Of a stretch of 64,000 bases of DNA, positions 13,401 to 25,862 are shown in pieces (positions within the stretch are counted from its first letter, which is position 1; each line of letters starts with the position of its first letter). Position numbers and translations under genes: made by a program. The notes below the pieces were generated by a model. The model ran no database searches, was not told the DNA's origin, and saw only the letters and a list, made by a program, of their open reading frames with translations. Source of the stretch: Tubiluchus corallicola (lineage: Eukaryota > Animalia > Priapulida); contig JAQGDQ010000697.1 of the NCBI GenBank assembly GCA_030141605.1, positions 46,850 to 110,849 on the forward strand, written 5' to 3'.

Positions 13401-13589
13401 GTACAATGAACGACAGCAAAGTTTTATTTAGTATGACTTAAATATCTGATATGGTGGTCCCATTGATAGGCTACGTTGTTTTGGTTCAATTACTGTTACC
13501 ATCTTTATTATTACAATTTGAAATAATAATAATTCAAATAAACAATCTACGCTTTCTACAATCATACTTGATATTGTAGCTAATGCTCC

Positions 13590-13741
13590 TGGCAGCACTA
13601 ACAGCAACAACACAAACAGCAACAAGAGCAGCAGCAACAGCAGCACTAACAGCAATAACAACAGCACTAACAGCAACAACAACAGCAGCGACAACAACAA
13701 CAGCAACGACAACAACAACAACAGCAGCAGTAGCAGCAACA
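13590..13741. repeat. (CAA/CAG)n microsatellite
   Basis: Imperfect AAC/AGC triplet run. Confidence 0.85.
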
Positions 13742-15258
13742 TAGTATGACATAGTATGTTTATTTAGTATGACTTAAGCATCTGATATGGCGGTCTCATT
13801 GATAGTCTTTCTTGTTTCAGTTTAGTTACTGTTACCATCTTTATTATTTCAATTTGAAATAATAATAATTCAAATAAACAATCTACACTTTCTACAATCA
13901 TTACAGCTTTAATTAGACAAAATCAGACAATTAAAAAAAAAATAGGTAAAATATTTTCTGGAAAACTTCACATGCAGTTTAATTCCATGTAAAGCTTGAT
14001 GCTGTTTGACTTCCATCACTAAGAATGCACAAGAGCTATTCAGTATTAAACTGCTTCTGCTCTCTGGATGCTCTATTAATAAAATAAGTTCTTTCTTGTT
14101 CTTCGTTTTTTTCTCTATTTATCTTGTTTATTCTGTGTACACTTGTTTATCTGTTTGTTTTAGTTCTCATCTGTTTAGCTGTTTTTTTATTGATTCATTT
14201 GTGTCTGACTTAATCGTAACATTTGTGCACATTTCTGACATGTATCTGGAAGAGAACCGGAAATCTATGCACATATTCAATTTGGCCATAATAATACGGT
14301 TCAATATTCCAACGAAGTGAACAAAAATGTGAACCCAAGTGTCAAAAATAATGGAATTGTAATTTCAAAAGTGGAAGAAACATGGAAATACGTCTTTATA
14401 CAGGGTGTGTAGAAATCAGATCTGATGCTATTGGAAATTTTGAAATTTAGTGAGTAGGTTATTATGTAGTTATATATTTTGATAATATAAGTCACCTTAG
14501 AGATAAGCATATATGTAACTCTTGGTTTAGAATATTGTTATTGTAGAATTAAGGTTTTGTTGAAACTGGCATGCTGTAAAACATTCTAAAATCTGGAAAC
14601 TGGATTATAATTATATATTATATATTTTTCTAAATGTAAGTAACCCAAAAGATAGGCATATTGTTTTACTCTCGGATTAGAATATTGATATTGTGTGAGT
14701 CGTCAGAATTAAAATGAACCTGAAATAACAGAAATGATGTTCCAGTTTCTCCTGGTGATTTCCCACATTGCCTGGAGCAAAAAAGCGAAAAAATAGCAGA
14801 TGACAAATCGCCGTGCTTGTAAATTCGGATAATACGTCTTGCTTGACAAAAGTTTTAAAACTGTAAATACAAGAACACAGATTAGAATGTCGTGATAATT
14901 ATTATGACAAAAGGTTAGTATACTGTTCACATCTTGATTAATATGCTTTTAGATCATTCCTGTAATAAAGTCGCATGTTACTCACAGACCTCTCAACCAT
15001 GTCAGCTGTTACTGTTACTAAAACCTAGAAGACCTCGCTGCTATTTCATGTAGACCTCTCAACTATGCAAATTGTTACTGTTAGTGTTACTAAAATCTAG
15101 GAGGCCTCGTTGCTATTTGATGGCTATTCTTCGAGTTTGCAGTGAAGTATTGTATGGGCGTGATGGCGGTCTTAGAATTTAATTATAATCACAAGGTTTT
15201 TATTATTTTAGCAACCAAAACGTAAAGAGACATTAGAAAGCCTGCTTGAATCTGCAAA

Positions 15259-18200
15259 ATGAGGTCATACGATACACTGCTGCATTTGATTGTTTTCCTG
15301 TTCATTAACTGTAAGTAAAAACAAAAAATTATTTCTTAACGTCAGAAATAAAACTTCTAATCTGTAGTAATGCAAAGATTAACTAACGTTATTTCCTAGT
15401 TTCTCAGAAAAAAAATTTATATATATATATGTAATTATGTATTTATTTATAATTATGTATCTATGTATGTGTACTTGGTTATATGGTTCTATTTTTGAAA
15501 TCAATTCATTCATTACGCATACTAGCCGTAGCAGCTAAATCTAAATTTCTTATTTTTAAGTTTGTACTTTTTGCAGATGCATGGTGTGAATCACAATATT
15601 TTGAACAAGAACCTGAGGATGTTCCTACTCTTCCTGGAGATGACGTTGTGGTACAATGTGTAGTAAAAAGCGGGGTTCCACAAGGATATCAGTTTTCTTG
15701 GTTTCTTAATGAACAGTTCTTTGATCCAGACGCGGATGATAATTATGATTATATTGGCGGTCATCCTCCTAGCATTGGAAACTGGAGTATAAGAATTAAA
15801 AATGTAAATGTAAATCAACGTGATGGTTCCTATCACTGCCGAGTGTCAGTTATTGGTGAAGGATATGAAGATTCTAGCAAAGGAAAAGTAATTGTTGTTG
15901 GTAAGATTTTTAATTATCTTTTTTCAGTTTTTTAAATCTGTAATTATACATTTGACATTAAGCGTCTCTACAAAAAATGTAATTACATTTACATATCACA
16001 TGTTCAGATTTGATTTCTATGTATTAGAATCTGAGAGTTTGTAAGTTTAACAGAAGAAAGATAAAGTACAAATTGTCACAGTTTTGTAACACAGCACCTG
16101 CTGCTATGCTTCTACAGTTGATGATAATGTAGGAGCGGCTGTTGCTTTCTGCTCTACAGTGTGTATTAGCCCTATGTGCTAAAAAATTCAATTTTTAAAT
16201 TAGATGCTTCATATGTTAATTTTTGACTCTTTCTTTTTTAATTCTTGTGATAAAAGTTAAGTGTGAGTAAGGTTTAATGGTTTATTAACCTGGAAAATGA
16301 AATTTATTACTAGTTTAGACAAACGTAATTCACTGCGTTAGCAACAGCATGCCTACTAGTAGTAAATGCTGACAAGACAATGCTGTCACACTGTATATGG
16401 GTCACTTATGTGTACAAGTTGTAGAAGATGAGATAAAGTATGAAATGTCATAGAGAGTAGTGACACAATAGGTGCCCTGATGCATATTATTTTTTATTTA
16501 CCATCTATCACACATTATATGATTTGATAATAAAGATTAGTCCAAGGCCAAGAGTAGAAATGACCAGTTTTTACCCATATAGAGTAAGAGACAGTGACAG
16601 AGGCAAACAACTCCACAGTAGTATTGAGTCAATGGAAAGCTGCCATTATTATGGAGCAGGTCCTGAGTGCTCTTCATTGGCGTTCAGTCCTTATCTATTT
16701 AGACAACATCATAGTCTATGGCTGAACTTTTGAGAGTACCTCTCCCTCTTCCAGGAAGCCTTCGTGCACCTATAAAAAGCTGAGCTTAAATTAAATGCTA
16801 AAAAATGTCTTCTCACACAGAAAGAAGTTACTTACCTTTATTACATTGTTTCTTCTGATAGTGTCAAGACTGATCTTACTAAAACTGAAGCAGTTTATAA
16901 TTGGCCCCAACATCAAAACTTGAAGCAACTTTCGCAGACTGTGTACTTACTATAGGTGCTTTTTTACATTGCATCACATCACATCACTTTACATCGCATC
17001 ACTTCACTTCACATCGCATTACATCAAATCACATTGCATCACATCACATCATATCACTTCACTTCACATCACATCACACCGCATCATATTATATTACATA
17101 ATATTATTTAGTACCTGCCTAGTATTTTCACTACTAGTTCTACTTCCTTTCTCACTGTCTTTGTGTCTACTCTAGAAACTCTTCAGCCATTGCTCATGAG
17201 ACTAGACCTGAAACAAGATTACACTGTGATTATTCAGCTATTTTGCTTTTCTCTGGATGCTTTTTTTCTTTTCCCTTTGTATTTTTTTCTTCATTTATCC
17301 TAATTCATATTTCAGCTGGGGGTATTTGATTTAGCTTTCATTATTTATTCACTTAATTGTTGCTTAATTAATTCATTCATACTTGACTTAGTGTGTATAA
17401 TATAGTAACTGTTGTGTAGAAACGTTATCTCTGACGTGTATCTAGGAAATATTTGAAAATGTGTTTATGAACTAATTTAAAGTCGTAATTATAATAGTTC
17501 CAGCAAATATTAGAATGCTGCTGAATGATGTGCTACATGTGAAACCCTCGATTATAGTTGAAGCAAAAGACATCTGTAATCAGCTCAAATGTGAAGCCAT
17601 AAGCAACTGCAAAGTTCTGCCAGCCATAAGTTGGTTTATTGGTAATATCTTTCTAATTATTATATACTTTAATGATCTATGTAACTTATTCTGTTTTGAT
17701 ATAAACTAATCATATCATATCATCATCTTCATCATCACCACCCGACTGAGTTACTGCTTACATCAACACACACACCATGCCAGCTTTTATCTTATCCTTG
17801 TCACCAGCACCACCACTACTACAGTAGCCCTTACTTAAACTATATTAAAATATTTTTAAATAGATTATCGTTGACATAAAGGTAATATTAAGTGTACATT
17901 AGGTGCATTAAATCAAAAACCTATTTATACGTCACATATTTTCTTGTTATCATCAGGTTATAATTTATATTACATGCAGGTTCAGCTCCTGTCAACTCTA
18001 GTTCAGAAACTATGCTGGATCTAAACACCAATTTTACTAATGTTGTGAGCACAATGGATGATTATTCATTTAAACCTGAAGATAATGGAAAGCAGCTGAC
18101 CTGTCAAGTTTTTATACATGACATTTTGTCAAAACAGTTTATTAACAAGACACCAAATGTACAATGTAAGTTAAATTTTTATTAATCCATCTTACTGCTA

Positions 18201-21200
18201 GATGTAAGTAAAATTTTCAGACAGAGTGTCCATGTTACAACAACCACATTAGGAACACGTTTTAAACACTGTGTATTGAAGAAGTGTATGTAGCATGCTG
18301 CAAATGACCTTGATGGGTCTGGGTCTTTTAGACTGAAAAAGTGAAGTAAAATTGAACAATAAATAAAAGTAGAATTATGTATGCATAATCATATATCTGT
18401 ATATCCTCACTTAGTTATAATATTCTATTTTTAAATTCAATTGATTCATTACACATATTAGCAATAGCAGCAAAATCTGAATTCCTTATTTTCAAGTTTG
18501 TGTTTTTTGCAGATGTGCGGAGTGAATCACAATATTTTGAACAAGAACCTGAGGATGTTCCTACTCTTCCTGGAGATGACGTTGTGGTACATTGTGCAGT
18601 AAAAAGTGAGGTTCTACAAGTTCCACAAGGATATGCATTAGTTTGGTTTCTTAATAACCAGTTCGTTGATCCATACGCAGATGATAACTATTATTATATT
18701 AACAGTGATCATCTTAACACTGGAAACTGGAGTATAAAGATTAAGGATGTAAATGTAAATCAACGTGATGGTTCCTATCACTGTAAAGTGACAGTTTATG
18801 GTCCAGGAGGAGGAAGTGAAGATTCTCGCAAAGGAGAAGTAATTGTTGTCGGTAAGATTTTTAATTATCTCATCTCAGTTTTTTAAAATCAGTAATTATA
18901 CAATTTGACATTAAACGCTTCTACAGAAAATGTAATTAAATTTACATATCATATGTTCAGATTTCATTTCTGTGTATTAGAGGTTAAGAGTTTCAGAGGA
19001 GGAAGATAAAGTCACAGTTTTGTAACACAACACCTGCTGTGATGCATCTACAGTTAATGATAAAATAGGATCAGCTTTTGCTTTCTCCTTTACAGTGTGT
19101 ATTAGTAGTATTTCTAAAAAAATTTTAATTTTTAAAGTAAATAGTTTGTATGTTAGTTTTTTCCTCTTTATTAATTTTTGTGATAAAATTAAGTGTGAGT
19201 ATAGGAGTACAGTGTAATGGTTCAATTACTTAGAAAATAAAATCAATTAATATTTTAGACAAATGTAATTCATTGCATTAGTGACCACATGCCTACTAGT
19301 AGTAAATGCTGACAAGACAATGCTGTCACACTGTATATTGGTCACTTATGTGTACAAGTTGTAGAAGCTGAGATAAAGTATGAAATGTCATAGAGAGTAG
19401 TGACACAATAGGTGACCTGATGCATATTATTTTTTATTTACCATCTATCACACATTATATGATTTGATAATAAATATTAGTCCAAGGCCAAGAGTAGTTT
19501 TTACCCATATAGAGTAACAGACGGTGACAGCGGCAAACAACTCTGTAGTAGTATTTGGTCAATGGAAAGCTGCCATTATTATGGAGCAGGTCCTGAGTGC
19601 TCTTCATTGGCGTTCAGTCCTTATCTATTTAGACAACATCATAGTCTATGGCTGAACTTTTGAGAGTACCTCTCCCTCTTCCAGGAAGCCTTCGTGCACC
19701 TAGAAAAAGCTGAGCTTAAATTAAATGCTAAAAAATGTCTTCTCACACAGAAAGAAGTTACTTACCTTTATTACATTGTTTCTTCTGATAGTGTCAAGAC
19801 TGATCTTACTAAAACTGAAGCAGTTTATAATTGGCCCCAACATCAAAACTTGAAGCAACTTTCGCAGACTGTGTACTTACTAGAGGCGCTTTTTTTACAT
19901 CGCATCACTTCACTTCACATCGTATTACATTAGATCACATTGCATCACTTCACATCACTTCACATTGCATCACATTACATCACTTCACATCGCATCACTT
20001 CACATCGCATCACATCACATCACATCGCATCATATTATATTACATAATATTATTTAGTACCAGCCTAGTATTTCCACTACTAGTTCTACTTCCTTTCTCA
20101 CTGTCTTTGTGTCTACTCTAGAAACTCTTCAGCCATTGCTCATGAGACAAGACCTGAAACAAGATTACACTGTGATTATTCAGCAATTTTGCTTTTCTCT
20201 GCATGCTTTTTTCTTTTCCTTTTTTATTTTTTTCTTCATTTATCCTAATTCATATTTTAGTTAGGGCAAGTTGATTTAGTTTTCATTATTTATTCACTTA
20301 ATTGTTGCTTAATTAATTCATTCGTATCTGACTTAGCGTGTATAATATAGTAACTGTTGTGTAGAAACGTTATCTCTGACGTGTATCTAGGAAATATTTG
20401 AAAATGCGTTCATGAACTAATTTAAAGTCATAATTATAATAGTTCCAGCAACTATCAGTATGCTGCTGAATGATGTGCCACATGTGAAACACTCGATTAC
20501 AGTTGAAGTAGAAGACATCTCTAATCAGCTCAAATGTGAAGCCATAAGCAACTGCAAAGTTCTGCCAACCATAAGTTGGTTTATTGGTAATATCTTTCTA
20601 ATTATTATATACTTTAATGATCTATGTAACTTATTCTGTTTTGATATAAATTAATCATATCATATCATCATCTTCATCATCACCAGCTAACTAAGTTACT
20701 GCTTACATCAACACACATGCCATGCCAGCTTTTATCATATCCTTGTCACCAGCACCACCTTACTACAGTAGCCCTTACTTAAACTATATTAAAATATTTT
20801 TAAATAGATTATCATTGACATAAAGGAAATATTAAGTGTACATTAGGTGCATTAAATCAAAAACCTATTTATACGCCACATATTTTCTTGTTATCATCAG
20901 GTTATAATTTATATTACATGCAGGTTCAGCTCCTGTCAACTCTCGTTCAGAAACTATGCTGGATCTAAACACTAATTTTACTAATGTTGTGAGCACATTG
21001 GATGATTATTCATTTAAACCTGAAGACAATGGAAAACAGCTGACCTGTCAGGTTTTTATACATGACATTTTGTCAAAACAATTTATTTACAGGACACTAA
21101 ATGTACAATGTAAGTTAAATTTTTATTAATCTATGTTACTGCTAGATGTAAGTAAAATTTTCAGACCGAGTGTTCATGTTACAACCACCACATAAGGAAC

Positions 21201-23246
21201 ACGTTTTAAACACTGTGTATTGAAGAAGTGTATGTAGCATGCTGCAAATGACCTTGATGGGTCTGGGTCTTTTAGAGTGAAAAAGTGAAGTAAAATTGAA
21301 CAGTAAATAAAAGTAACATTAAAATCAAAATTATTGTTAATGATGTTACAAATCCACAATTTTTTAGTTTTGATGTCCAGGCTTTTCTTTTTTTCTTTGA
21401 CTCTCTTTCTATTTATCCTCTTTCCCTGTATCTCTCCTTCTGTCTTGTCTTGCATTCCTGCTATATATAAGGAGATACGTTTTTGATACAGATATTACAT
21501 CTGTTACCGTGAAATTGCCCAATGGAGATGATACTAAGATTACAGTTGGCAGTGGCTTTGAGCTGATTTGTGATGCAAATGGGAACCCAGAACCTTCTTA
21601 TCAGTGGAGTGGTCCTAATTTGTCAAGTGGAAACACCGGCAAAAAAGTTACGAAGAAAAATGTGGAATTAGTTGACGGAGGGACATACACTTGTACAGCT
21701 AGGAATGTTGTTGGAGAGAGAAAGGGCAGCTTAACTATAAAAATTGTAAAAGAGGGTGACAAGGAAGAAAGCGGTGATAAAGAAAATGGTGGTGGGGGAT
21801 CTGGAGATGGGGATAATGGTAAGTGCATTGATTAAGAACCTAAGAGAATTAACCTTGCAAAAACACAGAAGTGGTTGTTAGTTATGCAATAGTTTTGTTT
21901 CTGTTACCGGAGTGTCGTACATTTTCATTTGCGATTGATAACTGAAAGTACTACTACCAATAATTAAACATGTGCTGGCACCTACATTTAAGATTGTTCA
22001 TTTTTGTAACTTAATTTAAGTTTAATGAAGAGTGATAGAGTGAGATTGAATTATTTTATATTAAATAATTAATTATGCACATCATATAATCAATAAGCTC
22101 AACAAATTGTTTAACATTAAGTCCATTTTTATACAATGTTGTAATATTAAGCTCACTTGTTGTAATTAATGGTCAATGATATCAGCTGCCCTTTTTCCTA
22201 GAATCAATGTTAACAGCTGCGTCAGGGCAACGGCTTTCTAGAAAGAGCAATGACCAGCTGCACACAGTTCTTAGAAACTGTTACAGGGCAATGAATCACT
22301 GTACTCATTTCCGTATGTCCTGGATACAGCAATGACCAGATGTGCTCATTTCCCTACTTCCTGGTAACAGTAATGACCAGATGTGCTCATTTCCCTATTT
22401 CCTGGATACAGGTATGGCCAGATGTGCTCATTTCCCTACTTCCTGGAAACAGTAATGACCAGATGTGCTCATTTCCCTATTTCCTGGATACAGTTATGAC
22501 CAGATGTGCTCATTTCCGTATGTCCTAGAAACAGCAATGACCAGTTGTGCTCATTTCCCTATTTCCTGGATATAGTTACGACCAGATGTGTTCATTTCCC
22601 TATTTCGTGGTTACAGCAACGACCAGTTGTGCTTACTTCCTAGAAATAGCCATTAACACCTGCATCCAGTTCTTGGAAACCGTCGCATCAGGACAAAGAC
22701 TCACTCCTAGGAAACACCCTAGCAGCTGCATAGTCCTGCCTATACAGCCAATCAGCAACAAAATGCTCTGACCAATAAGACTCAAGCTGACCACTGACCA
22801 GAACTTGGTTGACAGTATTCCTTTCAGGTTATTACAATTTTTTAATTTTTTTAATCAAAGAGAGAACGAATGATGTTACGTAAAGTATTTCTAAGAATTT
22901 TTTGATAAATCATAACCATTATACTATGTTGATAATGCAGAGAATTAATTAGCTTCAATGTATATTGATTATTAATGGTGTACTTGTCCTGGGACCTACA
23001 TTTTAAGTTTATTGATTCTAGCCCTTTGCATTTGGGAGTTAAGAAGAATTAAATAGTTGAAAATTGAATGCCTAACATCAATGATGAAAAACCAGCATAA
23101 GGCCTGTAGCTCCTACATCTGTGAGTTTAGTTACAAGCATTAATGTTCTTGATTTTGTTCCAGGACAAAATGGTTGCAATTTTCCGAGAAAGACCTTGTT
23201 TGGACACGTTGTTATTCTCACTGTTATTGTTCATTTTATTAGATGA
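15259..23246 (+). CDS. IgSF gene 2: V-C2-V-C2-I-GPI (about 594 aa if all exons are used), or alternative V-C2 cassettes on a shared leader and stalk
   Basis: Exons: 15259-15310 (leader MRSYDTLLHLIVFLFIN), 15577-15900 (V2), 17498-17641, 17980-18165, 18513-18851 (V3), 20443-20586, 20924-21109, 21492-21818 (I-set), 23164-23246 (GPI signal). All GT-AG and phase 1; 1785 nt open. Confidence 0.82.
16651..16930 (+). mobile_element. Ty3/Gypsy reverse transcriptase fragment (intronic, degenerate)
   Basis: MEQVLSALHWRSVLIYLDNIIVYG*TFE..LKLNAKKC..KEVTYL..IVSSDSVKTD..KTEAVYNWP; YLDD has become YLDN, with stop and frameshift. A (CACAT/CACTT)n run follows. Confidence 0.8.
19581..19862 (+). mobile_element. 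Ty3/Gypsy RT fragment, copy 2
   Basis: Near-identical to 16651-16930, in the same V-C2 intron position. Confidence 0.8.
22190..22720. repeat. 41-bp intronic tandem repeat, gene 2 paralogous copy
   Basis: Unit TGTGCTCATTTCCCTATTTCCTGGA(A/T)ACAGTTATGACCAGA; includes several TTCNNNGAA motifs. Confidence 0.85.
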
Positions 23247-24083
23247 GTCAGAATTTATGCTTAAACTAAAATGTATGTGATTTTAAAACTTTTGTGTATT
23301 GTGTAAATATTTTTATCATTGTATGGAAATAGTTGCCCTGAGTCTGTACAAAATAGGCCTATCTTACCTTAGTCAGTTTAAGTCTGAGGTTAAATTATAA
23401 TAAGATATAGTTGCAGTTTCTTCCATCAATGTCCAGCCAAACAAAATTTATTAACTTGTTTGTAGCTGTTGTTGTACTCTCTAAATTTTTGTTTACAGTA
23501 AATTTAGTTTCTGAACTTATGTGCACATTTCAAAGTAGATTAAATTTAATGAATTTTAGTTTTATTACATGTGTATTTTGATGGAACATTTTAATGTGAT
23601 TTTATGTTTTTGAATCATGATTATGAGAATTCGGTGCAAAGATCATCATTTTAACGATGGCTGTTAGAGGATGAACAGTGATGAACTAAAGTGTTGTTTT
23701 ATAGTTGTGCAGAAAATTAATACCTGAAAGAAAATTTTCTACTGCGTATGCTACCTACACGTAGCTAAAACAATAACATATATATCTAAGATTTTTTCAC
23801 TGAGCAACGAATGTTACTTTCATTACTTTGACAAAGGTTTACGACACACCCTCATGTGCTTCTAAACGAACTAAGATCATGTCACACAAAATAAATGAGA
23901 AATTACTTAAATGGTAGCGGTTTCGACAGTAAAGCAGCATAACATGTTCGTCCTCTTTGTACACGGTTTTTTGTTTATAAAGTGACATTTGAAGCAAGGT
24001 GGCAGTAGTGCTGCACAAAGTTGATAATCTTTACTATGCGATGGCCTCTTCAGTTGTTTAACTATTAATTAGTTTTTGCAAAT

Positions 24084-24320
24084 TTACTGCGAGTTGTTGA
24101 CACATTTCAGTCGATGATTGCAGAGACCTACGCGAACAGAACAAGATCTTCCAAGGTTAGTGCACTGAAATGCTGAAGCATCTTTGGTACGATTCTTTCT
24201 TCTTTGACGCTTCTCTTCCCATAGTAGCTGAAGCCTATCTTCATTGTGCTTCACCACATCAAACAATGGCTTCCGCCAAGTTTCCCCGTCTGAAGTTGCT
24301 GCTTCCAGTTTTTGGCAATT
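24084..24320 (-). mobile_element. RTE-clade LINE 3' fragment (paralogous copy carried by the duplication)
   Basis: Same fragment as 13011-13400, in the equivalent intergenic position. Confidence 0.7.
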
Positions 24321-25862
24321 ACGTACAATGAACGAGAGTAAAGTTTTATTTAGTATGACTTAAGACATCTGATATGGTGGTTCCATTGATAGGCTTCCTT
24401 GTTTCGGTTTAGTTACTGTTACTTTCTACAATCATTACAGTTTTAATTAGACAAAATCAGACAATTAAAAAAATTAGTTCTCATTATCTATTTAGCTGTT
24501 TTTTATTTATTCATTTGTGTCTGACTTACTAGTAACAATTGTTCACATTTCTGACATGTGTCTGGAAAAGAATCGGAAATGTTTGTCTATGCACACATTC
24601 AATTTGGCCATAATAATGCGGTTCAATATTCCAACGAAGTGAACAAAAATGTAAAACCAAGCGTCAAAAATAATGGAATTGTAGTTTAAAAAGTTGAACA
24701 AACCTGGAAATATGTCTTTATATACAGTGTGTAGAAATCAGAGCTGATGGTATTGAAACTTTACAAATGCGGTGCTTTATTGAAACTATCATAAAATATT
24801 TTGAAATCTGGTGAGTAGGTTATAATGTAATTTTACATTTTGTTAATATAAGTCACCTTAGAGATAAGTATACATTTATCGCTTAGTTTAGAATACTATT
24901 ATTGTAGCATTAAGTTTTATTGAAACTGAAATACTATAAAACATTTTAAAATGTGGAGACTAAATTATAATTATAAATTTTTTATTTTTTTAAATGTAAA
25001 CATCCCTAAAGATAGGCATATTGTTTAACTCTCGGTTTAGAATATTGATATTGTGTGAGTCGTCACAATTAAAATGAAACTGAAATAACAGAACAGATGG
25101 CCCAGTTTATCCTGGTGATTTCCCACATTGCCTGGAGCAAAAAGTGAAAAAATAGCAGATGACAATTCGCCGTGCTTGTAAATTCGGATAATACGTCTTG
25201 CTTGACAACAGTTACGCGTGAGATACTTTCGAAAAATAATAATTAAGCTTCAGATGCCGACCATAAAATCGATGATCATGACTACGTGTTCAAAAGTTGT
25301 GACAAAATAAAAATTACTTTGTCAAGGTGGTCACTGGATGTGTTGTAGTGGCAATGAATGAAACAAACAGAAAATTTATTCCTGTTCATTAACTGAAATC
25401 AGGCTGTTTCCGAATTTCGGTGCATCCCTCCTATGTTTAGATTTCTAGTAACCAGAGAGCTCTGGGGTAGTTTTTTTGTTTTTAATTTGTGCCAAGACGT
25501 GACTGGAAATAATTTTGTTGATCCAATTCAAAAGTGCTCATATCAGTTGGAAGAATGTAAATTTGATTGTGTTTATCGCAAAAATTTACATTTTTTCTGT
25601 GTAGATTTAATACTATAAAAACAAGAAAACAGATTAGAATGTCGTGATAATTATTATGACAAAAGGATAGTATAAAAACTATAATGTTCACATCTCGATT
25701 AATATGCTTTTAGATCATTCCTGTAATAAAGTCGCATGTTACGTATTGCAAGTATTGCGTGGCTGTGATGGCGGTCTTAGTATTTAATTATAATATTGTA
25801 ATCACAAGGTTTTTATTATTTTAGCAACCAAAACTTATTGAGATATTAGTTGAATATTCAAA

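Noticed and set aside
13428-13752. Poly-Leu and poly-Val ORFs
   Set aside because: Antisense reading of a triplet microsatellite.
14734-14796. Signal-peptide-like short ORF MMFQFLLVISHIAWSKKAKK*
   Set aside because: It ends in a stop without a suitable donor; the leader at 15259-15310 is conserved in all three genes and splices in frame.
15901-16110. Recombination signal sequences next to V exons (CACAGTT at about 16077)
   Set aside because: No heptamer-12/23 spacer-nonamer arrangement was seen, and each V exon is complete with its own G strand and donor; no evidence of V(D)J-type rearrangement.
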